Shown here piece after piece: positions 1 to 11,624 of a stretch of DNA of 64,000 nucleotides. The notes under the pieces were generated by a model. That model had not been told where the DNA came from and did no database searches. It worked only from the letters and a program-made list of their open reading frames with translations. How positions within the stretch are numbered: position 1 is the stretch's first letter; the number at the start of each line of letters is the position of its first letter. The position numbers and the translations under genes were made by a program. This stretch comes from Heteronotia binoei (taxonomy: Eukaryota). The stretch is taken from positions 55,924,001 through 55,988,000 of the forward strand of contig NC_083239.1 of the NCBI RefSeq assembly GCF_032191835.1, written 5' to 3'.

Positions 1-137
1 TACAGGAGCTCACAATGCTAAAGCTAGGAGCTCCCAAAGTAGACTTTTTGCTCACAAGACTCTGCAGCTTGGAGGGAGCCTTGGTGGCAACTGTTGTTTT
101 ATGGGCCGCTTGTAACGCGGATCCGCTTGCTCTTCAG

Positions 138-2109
138 CTTTGATGGCCTCTCCGTATCCTTATTGGGCTCCCAGACTCTGAAGGCGTCGCAGCCGGGCGG
201 CACAGAGAAGACCTTCCACGTTCGGGCGGCTCTGGAGCATCTGGCCGGGGCTCACCTGCTGCTCCCTTCTGGCCACGGGGACCGCCTCGCCTGCTCCTCA
301 CCCTTCAGCGGCTCCCTGAGTATCTGCGAGACAAATGGGGGCTCCAGCGGCAACCAGCCCCTTTTCCCGGTGGCGGCCAGGCCAGCCCCCCAGATCCCAG
401 CAGGCCTCAAGCAACGCTTCCTGCCCTTCGGGAACAGCTCAGAGAGCGCTCCCCTGCCTGGAGCAACAGAGGAGCCTCCCAGGAAGAGAAAGAAGAAGAA
501 AAAGAAGCATCAGGGAGAGGAGAACCAGCCGCCTCTCTTTGCGATGCCTTTGGGGGAAGCCACAGAGCCTGGGGAAGCTGGGGCTGGAGGCCAGCATGAA
601 GCGGACGGGGAAGTCCTGTTGGCAGCTGATTCCCAGCCAAGCTCTGTGGCCGATGCCCAAAATGATCTCCTCTCTGGCGACCCAGAGGATGCAGCTTCCG
701 GAAGCAAGAAGAAAAAGAAAACGAAGAAGGACCGGAAACTGAAGGAGATGGTGGGGGAGGCAGAGGACGGGGCAGTCCCATTGGCAGCTGATTCCCAGCC
801 AAGCTCTGCCGCTGAAGCTCAAAACAATCTCCTCTCTGGCGACCCAGAGGATGTGGCTCCTGCAAGCAAAAAGAAGAAGAAAAGGAAGGATGACAGACAA
901 GCGAAGGAGGAGCTGGGAGAAGAGGCAGCGGCCCCGCTGCAGAGGGAGGAGGAAGACGGCACAGCTGGGTCGGCAGTCAGCTCCTTGCCAGAGGCGCAGC
1001 CAAACTCTGCAGCCTTTGCCCACGGCGGGCTTCTCTCTGGCGAGGCAGAGGCTGCAGGTCCCAGGAGGAAGAAGAAGAAGATGAAGAAAAGCAAGGAGGA
1101 TGGAGACCTGAAGGAGGAGGCGAGAGGAGAGGCGGAGGCCGCAAGCCTGCACCAGGCAGATGGGACAAACCCAATCAGCTTCCAGCCAGACCCTGCAGCG
1201 GTTGCCCAGAACAGCCTCCTGCCTGGTGAGATGGAGGATCTGGCTTCTTTAAGCAAGAGGAAGAAAAGGAAGAAAGAAAGAGACGTGAAGGAGGAGACGA
1301 GGGGAGAGGCAGAGGCCACAAGCCTGCACCAGGAGGATGGGACAAGGCCGGTCGACTTCCAGCCAGACCCTGCGGCCGTTGCCCAATATGGTCCTCTGCC
1401 TGCTGAGATGGAGGATCTGGCTTCCTTAAGCAAGAGGAAGAAAAGGAAGAAAGAAAGAGACCTGAAGGAGGAGATGGGGGGAGAGGCAGAGGCCACGCTG
1501 TCGGGAATCTGCTCCCAGCCAAACTCTGAACTTCTTGCCCAGGATGGCCTCGTGTCTGGTGGGGCGCTGGATCTTGGTCCCAGAAGCAAGAAGAAGAAGA
1601 AAAGGAAGGGGGACCAGGAGGTGAAGGAGGAGCTGGTGGGAGAGGCAGAGGGGCTGTTGGGAGGGCACTCTGAGACCCAGGCAGGAGAGGACAGTCTCCC
1701 AGGGACAGAGGAGGTGACCCAGGGAACACAGAAGGGAAGAAGCCAAGAGCAGGCAGCGTCGCCCGAGCTCTTCAGCAGCCAGGAAGGTGCTGCTGAGGTG
1801 TTGCAGGACTCCAGTGGCCCGGGACCTGCCCTAGAGGGTGGGCTGGTCTTGGCCGGGGAGGAGCCCTGGGCGGGCAGCTCAAGTCACAAAGCCAAGAAGA
1901 AGAGGAAGAAGGAGAAGCTGGAGGAGGCAGCCCAGCCTGTCCCGCAGGAAGCGGAGAGCTGGGCTGGGCTGGACACACCCTTGGGGGGAGGGGGAGGGCA
2001 GGAGGTGGAGCCCGGCAGGGAGGAGCTGAGCCAGAAGCGCAAGAAGAAGGAGCATCGCAGGCGGCAGGCTGCCCAGGAGGGGCTGGAGAAGGAAGGGGGG
2101 GACTCCTAG
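138..2109 (+). CDS. POLR1G: RNA polymerase I subunit G (CD3EAP/ASE-1/PAF49), large terminal coding exon; upstream exons lie outside the window
   Basis: Acceptor ttcag at 133-137, then FDGLSVSLLGSQ...LACSSPFSGSLSICE...PAPQIPAGLKQRFLPFG. This resembles the A34-like domain of human CD3EAP (FNGRHVPLSGSQ...PPPQIPPGLRPRFCAFG) and is followed by poly-Lys repeats. Stop TAG 2107-2109. Tail-to-tail with ERCC1 as in human. The listed ORF start at 94 is intronic. Confidence 0.9.
571..1650 (+). repeat. Coding tandem repeat in POLR1G (~54-59 aa units, each ending in a poly-Lys tract)
   Basis: ggcagctgattcccagccaagctctg recurs at 621 and 783 (period 162 nt). agcctgcaccagg recurs at 1144 and 1321 (period 177 nt). 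About 6 recognisable units. Confidence 0.85.
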
Positions 2110-3080
2110 GGGCAGGAGCATTGGGGCCCAGGCCTCAGTGGGCTTGGATCCCATGCATCTGTCCTGCAAAGCCCGCTTCTGGTGCACGGAGGCTTCTGCT
2201 AACATCAGGCTCTTTCTCGCCTTGCCCTGCGGTTTTAAAAGAGGGGGAAACCCACCCTGGGAGAACGGTCTGGCCAGCTTGCCTGTTGGGTTTGAGGGAG
2301 GAGTGTTTTAAGCTGTGATGCTTTCACCTGACATGTCGAGGGGCTGGATCCTACTAGTCCCCGTGCGCCTTCAGGCATGTTGGCTAGATCTTGGGCACAG
2401 CTGGCCCAGGCTGTATCTCCTGGCTCTGCGCCACTGCTGCTATCTGAAGTCCTTGCCCATAAAGGAAGAAAAAGAGAAAGCTCGCTGCGGAAGCTGCCTG
2501 GTCTGTTGTCTTGCTCAGTTTTGCGTGGGGGCCCAGCCCCAATCTGTGTGCCGCCTGCCCCCCCCCCCTCGAGGCTGCTCTTTTGTTGCTGGGGGGCATC
2601 CAAGGGCAGCCCCTTCTTTGTGGGGGCACGGCTGGGATTCTCAGGGAGTGCTTTGCGTGGGATGGGTGGGCTGGCCTGGCACGATTTGCAGCTAAAGAGG
2701 GAACCAGAAGTGTTGTGTTCAGGCCCGCAGGGCTTCTTTTTTTGAGCTTGCAGTGGGCCCTGTACGAAGAGCCCTGGAAGCTCTTGGAGGATTGGCTACA
2801 GCAGGGGTGTGTGGCCTAATATGCAAAGGAGCTCCTGCTAGAATCCCACCCTTGGGCCACACACCCCTGGTCTATCCAATCCTCTTGGAGCTTGCAGTAG
2901 GCCCTGTATGAAGAGCCCTATGAGCTCTTGGAGGATTGGCTACATCAGGGGGGTGTGGCCTAATAGGCACAGGAGCGCCTGCTACCCACAAAGTCCTGGT
3001 TCAGGGATGGAAGGCTACTCTTCTTGGGCATACACCTCCAGGCAGCCCCCCTCCCCCCAAAAAACAGGCTGCCTTTGGGA

Positions 3081-3109
3081 TTTATTTTGCCAGTTGTGGT
3101 CCTTTTATT
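3081..3109 (-). terminator. ERCC1: Two AATAAA polyadenylation signals of ERCC1
   Basis: TTTATT on + at 3081-3086 and 3104-3109, ~200 nt past the ERCC1 stop. Confidence 0.7.
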
Positions 3110-3306
3110 GCAAGGTCTGTTGTGTTAATTTCACCTCCGCAGAAGGCAGCTTCTCTTCCCCCTTCCAGGAGCTGGCTTGAGCTGAGCCTGTTGGCTTTCC
3201 CAGAAGGCATTGCTGGCGAGGGGCTGCTCAGGCAGAGAGGGGGAACCAACACTGCTCCCCCCCCACCAAAGTGCACGATCCCTTGTCTGGTCAGGGTGCC
3301 CTCTGC

Positions 3307-3360
3307 TCATTTGGGGCCTTTGAGAAACGGCTCATGGAGAACGTCATACAGCCTCTTGGC
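3307..3360 (-). CDS. ERCC1: ERCC1 coding exon 9 (last): AKRLYDVLHEPFLKGPK*
   Basis: Pyrimidine tract + AG acceptor (3361-62), TGA at 3309-3307; matches the ERCC1 C-terminus (ARRLFDVLHEPFLKVP in human). Confidence 0.97.
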   Translation of the reverse strand, partial: AKRLYDVLHEPFLKGPK

Positions 3361-3548
3361 CTGGGAGGAGAGAGAAGAGAGGTGAGGAAGGGACATCGTT
3401 TCTGTGGGCCTTGCAAACAAGTCGCAGGCAGGGCTCCTTTGTATCTTGTCTGTGGAAGCTGCAAGGGACAACCCCCCTCTCCCAGTTGTCTTTGGATTAT
3501 CCAGAACGTTTTGTCCCATCCTCCCCGCGGGACGTGTTCCCTGCTTAC

Positions 3549-3617
3549 CTTCTGGGGCCCGATCCCTGGGCAGAGGGAGAGCTCTTCCCTGGAGGCTTCA
3601 CCTAGGCTGGCCAGGGA
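3549..3617 (-). CDS. ERCC1: ERCC1 coding exon 8: SLASLGEASREELSLCPGIGPQK (HhH2)
   Basis: CAG acceptor, AAG|GTAAG donor, 69 nt, phase 0/0. Confidence 0.97.
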
Positions 3618-3894
3618 CTGCAAGGCAAGAGGAAGCCCTGCAATTAAGGAGGGGCTGAGCCCAACGCGGCACAAGGGTTCTGGAGGGCAAGAGGTGGGCG
3701 AGAGAGAGGGTGTCCTCAGTAAACGGACGGGACAAGTGGCCCCTTTAAGACCAATGAAGTTTCATTCAAGGTACATGCTTTTGCAGGTGTCCACACTTCT
3801 TCAGATGCAGGGGAGAAGCCAGAGAGAGAGAGACCTCTTGAAAATGGCTGAGATGGGGTTAAACAAGGATTTAGTAGTCCCGTGCCAACTTGGA

Positions 3895-4180
3895 TGGCCT
3901 GGCTAGCCTGAGCCTATCGGATCTCTGAAGCTAAACCCGGTCGACCCTGCTTGGGATTGGATGGGAGACCACCAAGGGAACCCCGGACTGCCCCCCAGAG
4001 AAGGGCAGTAGATGAAACTGCCCCTGTTTGCCTCTGCCCTGCTGTGGGTGGTCCAGGGTGGCCAGAGGTTGGAAGCTAAGCGGGGTTGGCCTTGCTCAGA
4101 AACTGGATGAGAGACCACCAAGGGAGCGCCCAGGGTTGCTACGCAGAGGCAGGCAAGGGCACCCACCAGTCAGCTGCAAT
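3895..4180 (+). mobile_element. Two decayed 5S rRNA-derived SINE (SINE3-like) fragments
   Basis: gatctctgaagctaa...ggatgggagaccacc resembles the 5S internal promoter; a similar copy lies at ~8430-8600. Confidence 0.55.
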
Positions 4181-4489
4181 TTAACCAAACTTTACACGCA
4201 CCCCCCCCCCCGGGCTTTATCCTGGATCCTGCTTTAAGGGTGGTGACTTAATAATAATAATACTATTTATTTATATCCCACCCTCCCCGCCAAAGCAGGC
4301 TCAGGCCGGCTCACAACATATCCCAATTACAGAATTACAATATAAAACATTTTCTCAGTACAATATAATTTGCTAATTAAAACCATCAAAATTAAAACTA
4401 ACATTTACAGTGCTGTGTTCTAAGTGTTCTCGGTAGTTTATGAGGGCCATATGTAGTATACTGAAATCCGCATTAAGCGAAGGCCAGTT

Positions 4490-4700
4490 GGGAAGGATGG
4501 TGGCTCAGTGGTAGAGCATCTGCTTGGTAAGCAGAAGGTCCCAGGTTCAATCCCCGGCATCTCCAACTAAAAAGGGTCCAGGCAAATAGGTGTGAAAAAC
4601 CTCCGCTTGAGACCCTGGAGAGCTGCTGCCAGTCTGAGTAGACAAGACTGACTTTGATGGACTGAAGGTCTGATTCAGTATAAGGCAGCTTCGTATGTTC
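4490..4700 (+). mobile_element. tRNA-derived SINE (Squam2-like)
   Basis: A box GGTGGCTCAGTGG, B box GGTTCAATCCC, tail ggcagcttcgtatgttc; second copy at 54096-54305. Confidence 0.75.
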
Positions 4701-4958
4701 AAAAGGATAGTCTTGCAGGCCCTACGGAAGTTTTGTGGCACGCTGATCCTAGCGTGACGCCCCACAGACTTCCTCTGAACTAACTTGGCTCCAAAGAACG
4801 GTTGGGGCAGGCAGTCTGGAACCTTCTTTGGTGGTGAAGTTTGCGGCAGGGAGGAATCCGAGGTGCACAATCTGAACTCTGTGCCTTTCTGAAAGGCGCT
4901 TGGTGGTCTGAGAGGGGGAGGGGAAGGGACGCCCGGCCCCAGAAGAGAAGCTACTTAC

Positions 4959-5030
4959 TCCAAACGTGGAGAGGAGGCTCAGCGTGTCCGTCTTGTTCAC
5001 TGACTTGATGCTGGTCAGGCAGTCAGTCAC
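4959..5030 (-). CDS. ERCC1: ERCC1 coding exon 7: VTDCLTSIKSVNKTDTLSLLSTFG
   Basis: CAG acceptor, GGA|GTAAGT donor, 72 nt. Confidence 0.97.
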
Positions 5031-5516
5031 CTGGGAAAGGAGCAGAACCACCTCAGCGCCTGACCTCTGGCAAAGCTTATCTCGCCTTGAAAGTTGTTAA
5101 TACCCCCCCAGTTCTTGGTGTGAGCTCTGGCAGGCCTCAAAAAGGCAATGTAGGAATGTAGGAATTCATGGCTGGTGACCCCACCCAAAAAAGCTGAACT
5201 GGGGGGGGCATCGGGCCTGCTGGGATTGCTGACTCTCATAACTGCCAGCCCTCCCCCTGTCCAATCAGGACCAGCCACGTAGGGGCAAGGGGCAGCAGAT
5301 GCCAGGCGAGGCACAGCTGGGGTGGGGGTGCTGCAGAGGTCAGAAGGAGTGCCCCCGGGCCCTGCCTCCAGCTACTTCCTGTGCCACAAAGATTTGGGGT
5401 CGGCTGGTTCTGTCTAAATGGAACATGTTTCTGAGCTGTTGCTGCAAGTTGCCTTGAATGGCAAGCTGAATCAGGAGACGAAAGTTTTAATAAATCAAGG
5501 GGGGGGGGGCTCTTAC

Positions 5517-5616
5517 TCGGGACAAGTAATTCTGCTCCACCTTCTCCTTCAGCAGGTCCGCCGGCTTCTGTTCGTAGGCCTTGTACGTTTCGAGGTAGCG
5601 TCCTGCTTCCTCCGGG
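5517..5616 (-). CDS. ERCC1: ERCC1 coding exon 6: (S)[33 protein letters not shown]
   Basis: CTGCAG acceptor, CGA|GTAAGA donor, 100 nt, phase 2 in / 0 out. Confidence 0.97.
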
Positions 5617-6296
5617 CTGCAGGTTGGAAAAGGAAACCGGGGGAATCTGGTTCAAGAGACCTACCAGAGGGGCAGGCGACTCTCTTGTGCGTCGCTCATC
5701 ACAGGTCAGAGTTTCCCTGGGGGGGGGGGGGAGGCCTCCGGGGGCATTTCAGGCTGGGAAAACGATGCACTGGGAGGAGGGGTTAGACCCCTCTCCCTCC
5801 ACATACCACAATCCCAATCGGGACTGGGCTTGTGCCTGCCTGGGGACGGAGTTAATGAAGCGCAGGACGCACCGGGAGGCCTGAACGCGCAAACCTGGGG
5901 AGGAGGAGGCAAGGGCAAGGCACCCTGTTGCTAGGCCCTGAGGTATGGCTCTTGGGAGGGCGTGGGGGGCACCCGACAATTCTGAGATCGGGAAGGTGCC
6001 TTTCTGCCTCCCTCCCCCAGCCCCCTGACCAGCATGGCTCTTCTGCTGGTTGCACAGCAGGCCTGGGAGGGGCCAGGCCCATCCTGCCAACCCCCCTTGC
6101 AACTATATGGCCCCTCCCCAATCTGTCCCCTTTGCTCACCACCATTCTGAACAAGTAGTAGCATTACTGATGGTTTTTCACTTCCCCCCCCCTCCCCTTC
6201 CCTAACACACCTTGCAGAGCAAAGGGGGGGGGGGGGAGTTGAGAGGTCTCTGTTTCTCTGAGAGAGGAGCACATAAGAAAGGGGTGGGGGGAACAG

Positions 6297-7712
6297 AAGA
6301 AGATGATATCGTATTTATATCCCGCCCTCCACTCCGAAGAGTCTCAGAGCAGCTCACCATCTCCTTTCCCTTCCTCCCCCACAACAGACACCCTGTGAGG
6401 TAGATGAAGATATTGGATTTATATCCTGCCCTCCACTCCGAAGAGTCTCAGAGCGGCTCACAATCTCCTTTCCCTTCCTCCCCCACAACAGACACCCTGT
6501 GAGGTAGATGAAGATATTGGATTTATATCCTGCCCTCCACTCCGAAGAGTCTCAGAGCGGCTCACAATCTCCTTTCCCTTCCTCCCCCACAACAGACACC
6601 CTGTGAGGTAGATGAAGATATTGGATTTATATCCTGCCCTCCACTCCGAAGAGTCTCAGAGCGGCTCACAATCCCCTTTCCCTTCCTCCCCCACAACAGA
6701 CACCCTGTGAGGTAGATGAAGATATTGGATTTATATCCTGCCCTCCACTCCGAAGAGTCTCAGAGCAGCTCACAATCCCCTTTCCCTTCCTCCCCCACAA
6801 CAGGCACCCTGTGAGGTAGATGAAGATATTGGATTTATATCCCGCCCTCCACTCCGAAGAGTCTCAGAGCAGCTCACAATCTCCTTTCCCTTCCTCCCCC
6901 CACAACAGACACCCTGTGAGGTAGATGAAGATATTGGATTTATATCCCGCCCTCCACTCCAAAGAGTCTCAGAGCAGCTCACAATCTCCTTTCCCTTCCT
7001 CCCCCCACAACAGACACCCTGTGAGGTAGATGAAGATATTGGATTTATATCCCGCCCTCCACTCCGAAGAGTCTCAGAGCGGCTCACAATCTCCTTTCCC
7101 TTCCTCCCCCACAACAGACACCCTGTTAGGTAGATGAAGATAGTGGATTTATATCCCGCCGTCCAGTCCGAAGAGTCTCAGAGCGGCTCACAATCTCCTT
7201 TCCCTTCCCCCCCTCAACAGACACCATGTGAGGTAGATGAAGATAGTGGATTTATATCCCGCCCTCCACTCCGAAGAGTCTCAGAGCGGCTCACAATCTC
7301 CTTTCCCTTCCCCCCCTCAACAGACACCATGTGAGGTAGATGAAGATATTGGATTTATATCCCGCCCTCCACTCCGAAGAGTCTCAGAGCAGCTCACAAT
7401 CTCCTTTCCCTTCCTCCCCCACAACAGACACCCTGTGAGGTAGATGAAGCTATTGGATTTATATCCTGCCCTCCACTCCGAAGAGTCTCAGAGCAGCTCA
7501 CAATCTCTATCTCCCTCTCCCACAACAGACACCCTGTGAGGTGGGTGGGGCTGAGGGAGCTCTTAGAGCAGCTGCCCTTTCAAGGACAACCTCTGCCAGA
7601 GCTCTGGCTGACCCAAGGCCATCTCAGCAGCTGCAAGTGGAGGAGTGGGGAATCAAACCCGGTTCTCCCAGATAAGAGTCTGCACACTTCACCACTGCAC
7701 CAAACTGGCTCT
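6297..7712 (-). repeat. Squam3-like SINE with its 3' ~104 bp amplified into 12 tandem units (6297-7540), in an ERCC1 intron
   Basis: tagatgaagata recurs at 6401, 6505, 6609, 6713, 6817, 6922, 7027, 7131, 7234, 7337, 7441; the tRNA-like head follows at 7540-7712. Confidence 0.9.
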
Positions 7713-7913
7713 CCAAGAGCTGCTGTGACTGCCCAGGTGAGGTGGGGTTAGCTTGTGGAACTTAAGGCAACTTACAGTGCCGAGAGCCCTGGGCTGCCAA
7801 ATTGGGTGGCCCCCCTCCCAAAAAATTCTGCTGTGGGCCCGCCAACCCATGAAATCCTGGCTACCGCCCTGTTGCACAGAGAACCTCCCCGTCACCCGAG
7901 TCTCCGCCCTCAC

Positions 7914-7990
7914 CTCCACGCGAGGACCAGGGTACAGTCTGCCAGAATACAGATCTTGGCCAGCTCCTTCAGGGCCTGGTGAGGGTCTTT
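7914..7990 (-). CDS. ERCC1: ERCC1 coding exon 5: [25 protein letters not shown](S)
   Basis: TTTAG acceptor, GAG|GTGAG donor, 77 nt. Confidence 0.97.
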
Positions 7991-8148
7991 CTAAAGGAAG
8001 CAGAGGGGGCACAGCCTGAGCCAGCGGAAAGGGGAGGGGAGGGAAATGCAGACGCAGAACAGAAGAGGTCTGCGCAGAGCCGTGAGGGAGCAGGGAGGAC
8101 TAAAGGGGGCAGCGAGGGTGGGTATCCTTGGGGTCTGGAGTCTCTCAC

Positions 8149-8248
8149 CACATCGACATGAATGAGGAGCACCTGCAGCAGGTAGGTCTTGCCCAGGCTC
8201 TGAAGGCGTTCGTGGATGTAGTTGGGCTTCAGGTTGTGGTAGCGGAGG
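8149..8248 (-). CDS. ERCC1: ERCC1 coding exon 4: (S)[33 protein letters not shown]
   Basis: CTGCAG acceptor, GTG|GTGAG donor, 100 nt. Confidence 0.97.
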
Positions 8249-8986
8249 CTGCAGGCGGATGAGAGACAGACGGACAGTCGCTAGTCAGGGCATCAACAGG
8301 AACTGTGATGCGTGTTTCAAAATTGCATTTCGGCCCCATGAGGACAAGCTTCATGTTTCTCTAGGCCTCAACAGCTTCCGCAGGTGTAATGCCCCCTTCG
8401 CTTGAATGTAAGATGACTCGCTTGCTCTGCGTGGCCCAGGCTGGCCTGATCTCATCTCTCATCGTATCTCTGCAGCTAAGCGGGGTCAGCCCTGGTGAAT
8501 GTTTGTAAGGGAGACCACCAAGGAAGCTCAGGGTTGCTACGCAGAGGCAAGCGATGGCCGACCACCGCTGTCCATCTTTGCCTTCCCCTGGATGGCGTCA
8601 CAGATTGTTCATGAACATTCCAATGCTGGAGCGCTGAAGCCCGCTTGGCCCAGAAAGTCCTCACTCAGTGGGAGGGACTGTGTGGTTTTGGCGAGGAAGG
8701 GATAGTGAGGAGAAGGGCTGGAGGTTGTGGGAGTAAAGAAGAGACTGGATTTATCCCCCGCCCTTCGCCCAGTCTCAGAGAGGCTTACAGCCTCCTTCCC
8801 TTCCTTTCCCCACAGCAGACACCCTATGAGGCAGGTTGGCCTTCCCCACTAAAGGTTAGGAAGGCAGCAGAGCTGAATTTCAGATTCTTTCAGTGGGAAC
8901 CAGACATGTCTAGAAAAGCAGCCGAATGCTTCTGGAACCAGGACAGCTGCTTGTATGCATGCTTGAGACACTGCGCAAATTCTCAC

Positions 8987-9090
8987 CTCAGGAACAGGGC
9001 GCAGGTGCTCTGGCCCAGGACATAGTCGGGGACAATCTCGCCAAACTCCCAGGGCACGTTGCGGATAAACTTCAGGATGGGGTTGCCCCG
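8987..9090 (-). CDS. ERCC1: ERCC1 coding exon 3: [34 protein letters not shown](S)
   Basis: TTCCTCAG acceptor, GAG|GTGAG donor, 104 nt; hallmark ERCC1 central-domain motif. Confidence 0.98.
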
Positions 9091-9502
9091 CTGAGGAAAG
9101 AAGGGAAGCCCAGTCAGAGACTGAGAGAGAAGGCAGGAGAATCCACCCAGCTCTGCCACAAACAGCCACTGGACTAGCGTCCACGGGAGAGGGAGAGGAG
9201 TAAAAGTGGTCTGTCAGAACTGGGAGGTTCTAAGGGGTGGGTTATTTGCAAGCAGCCTTGTCCCAGGGGCCTGAACTGTAGCCTGTCTTGAGCTTTGGGA
9301 GGTCTGCACCCCTCTGCAGCTTCAAGGTTCAGCCCCCACCCCACATTCAAGATTTCACAACTCTTTTTCAGCCCTGGAGCATCCCCATCGTTCATGACCA
9401 TTTGGCTGGTGAAATAAGACCAGCTTTCATTCTACAGCCCCGCCAGAAAGCTCCAAGCTGGAGGCTGGCCCGGGTATTCCTTCTCGCTCTGCCCTCTCCC
9501 AC

Positions 9503-9766
9503 CTGCCGAGGACTGACAACGATGGAGTTGAGCTTGGCCCCCAGTTTTGGAGCAGGATTCAGGGGTGGCTCTTTGCCTTCCAGGTTCCCCTGCACGGCCA
9601 GGGAGCTGTGGGGTTTGGTTGCTGCTGCTGGCTTTGCCTGGATGGCTGTGGAGGTGCCCGCTTTCTCCACGACATAGTCTGCATAGGTGGCCGCATCTGG
9701 CCGAACTGGAGCCTCAGGAGCCGGGGAGGGGCTTGAAGTGCTGGAGGGCTTGAAGAGCAGCCGTGC
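9503..9766 (-). CDS. ERCC1: ERCC1 coding exon 2: ARLLFKPS...ATYADYVV...GAKLNSIVVSPRQ
   Basis: GGCAG acceptor, CAG|GTGGG donor, 264 nt in frame; ends in the conserved NSI.VSPRQ. Confidence 0.93.
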
Positions 9767-9889
9767 CTGCCAATGGGAAAACAGAATTGAAAGGGTGTGT
9801 GCAAACTGAGAAGACCCACTGCGGTGTCTGCACCAGCAAGAGCTCAGAGGCAAGGAGGGCCCCAGGAGACACCCCACCCCCCTTTATAC

Positions 9890-9976
9890 CGGTGCCATAT
9901 TGTCATCCTCCTCCTGCATCTTCACGGTGAACTTCTTCCTCCCTTCAACGGTGGTCCCAGCTGGCCGAGGCTCCAT
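9890..9976 (-). CDS. ERCC1: ERCC1 coding exon 1: MEPRPAGTTVEGRKKFTVKMQEEDDNMAP
   Basis: Acceptor TTTCCAG at 9988-89, ATG at 9976, RKKF motif as in human, CCG|GTATAA donor. The joined CDS is 927 nt = 308 aa + stop. Confidence 0.88.
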
Positions 9977-10216
9977 CTCGAGAGCTCCTGGAAAGAGTCA
10001 AGAATGAACCTCTCAGAACCGCCTTCCATCTTGCTTACCACAGCTGGAGGGCGGCTGCGTGGGACTCTTGCCAACTACACAAAGTGGCCTTCTTTTGAAT
10101 CAGACCCTCAGTCTCTCTAGCATGAGGCTGTCTGCTCTGGCAGCAGCTCCCTAGGATCCTAGGCAGGGAAAGGCATTTTTCATTGTATGTTGGCGGTCTG
10201 TTACTCCTTAACTTAA

Positions 10217-11090
10217 GGGTGTCAAACATGCAGCCCGGTAGCTGAATCAGGCTCCCGGAGAGTTCCTATCAGGCCCTCCAGCACTGGCTGTCATCTGCTT
10301 CCTTCTGCATCACAGCTTGCTTTGCAAGGCTTGCTCAATCGCACAGCAGAGCTACAGAGCAAAACCTCTATTTTCTCCATTGGCTGAGGCTCCTCCCATG
10401 GGGAGGAAGAGGGGGAAGAATAGCTTGCTTTGCCAGGCTCTCTCAATTGCACAGCAGAGCTACTAAGTCAAGCCTCTCTTCCTTCTATTGGCTGAGGCTC
10501 TTCCCGCTCCTGGTCCTCTGGGGGAGGAAGGAAAGAGCCAGAGCTTCCTTTGCCCAGTTCCCTGGATCTCAGGGGAGAAATATAAAGAAAGCAGCTTTAA
10601 GACCAATGAGTGCTAAATGTTTTAAGATTTTTTAAAAAATCTTTAATTGCATTTTTCTGTGTCCCTTATAAAGTTTATATTTCAGGTAAAAAAATGGTAG
10701 AGGTAGTCCCCTGTGCAAGCACCAGTTGTTTCCGACTCTGGGGTGACGTTGCTTTCACGTTTTCACGGCAGACTTTTTATTGGGTGGTTTGCCCTTGCCT
10801 TCCCCAGTCATCTACGCTTTCCCCCCCAGCAAGCTGGGTACTCATTTGACCGACCTCGGAAGAATGGAAGGCGGAGTCAACCTCGAGCCGGCTACCTGAA
10901 CCCAGCTTCTGCTGGTATCGAACGCAGGTCGTGAGCAGGGAGTTCAGAGTGCAGTACTGCAGCTTTACCACTCTGCGCCGCAGGGCTCCCTCTTATATCT
11001 CTGCTACCTAATCTTAAGTAGGTACACACATGGCCTGGCCCAACAAAGTCTCATTTATGTCTGATCCGGCCCTCATAAAAATGAGTTAAC
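10217..11090. mobile_element. hAT-like non-autonomous DNA element (GGGTGTCAAAC end) interrupted by a Sauria SINE (10696-10988)
   Basis: Same family in reverse at ~52530-53107; Sauria head ggtagtcccctgtgcaagcacc. Confidence 0.6.
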
Positions 11091-11624
11091 AGGAGATACC
11101 GTGGCTTGAACGCGGCCTCTTGAGGGTCCCATCAACTAAAGAACCTCATTTGGTGGGTACACAAGAGAGGGCCTTTTCAGGGCAGCCCCACAGTTATGGG
11201 ACAGCCCCCCTGGGGAGGCGCAACTGGCCCCCTTACTCTTGATCTCAAGGAAGCAGCCAAAAGTTTTATTCAGCACACCATTTGATGAGTTTTGCCCACC
11301 AGCAGTTTTAAATTATTAATTTTAATTTGTGGTTTCTATGTCTAATTATTATTTACATCGCAAGCTACCTTAAGTTCCTGTAAGACAGAAAAGTGGCTAA
11401 TAATAAATGTTTTAAATAATTATATTAAATAAAACTTACTGGCGTCTTGAGACTATGGCCCTGCCCAATGTCTACATGCTGCCTGGTTTTGGAGGGGGAA
11501 TGTGTATGCAGAAGCTGGAACTGCACAAGTGCCTGTTGCCTGGCCTGCATCAAGATGCTGTCAAAAGGGAAACACAACAGCTAACACCATAGTATGCCTA
11601 GGAACCGGCTGATTCCCCACTCCT

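Noticed and set aside
94-137. ORF-track N-terminus MFYGPLVTRIRLLFS
   Set aside because: Starts at TTG upstream of a clear acceptor at 136-137; intronic read-through of the POLR1G frame.
407-1746. Several 150-256-aa minus-strand ORFs
   Set aside because: Antisense shadows of the repetitive POLR1G exon.
3895-3985. 5S rRNA-like sequence
   Set aside because: Heavily diverged and joined to a SINE body; not a functional 5S gene.
4490-4570. tRNA-like sequence (also 54096, 22245)
   Set aside because: SINE heads with family-specific tails; no complete cloverleaf.
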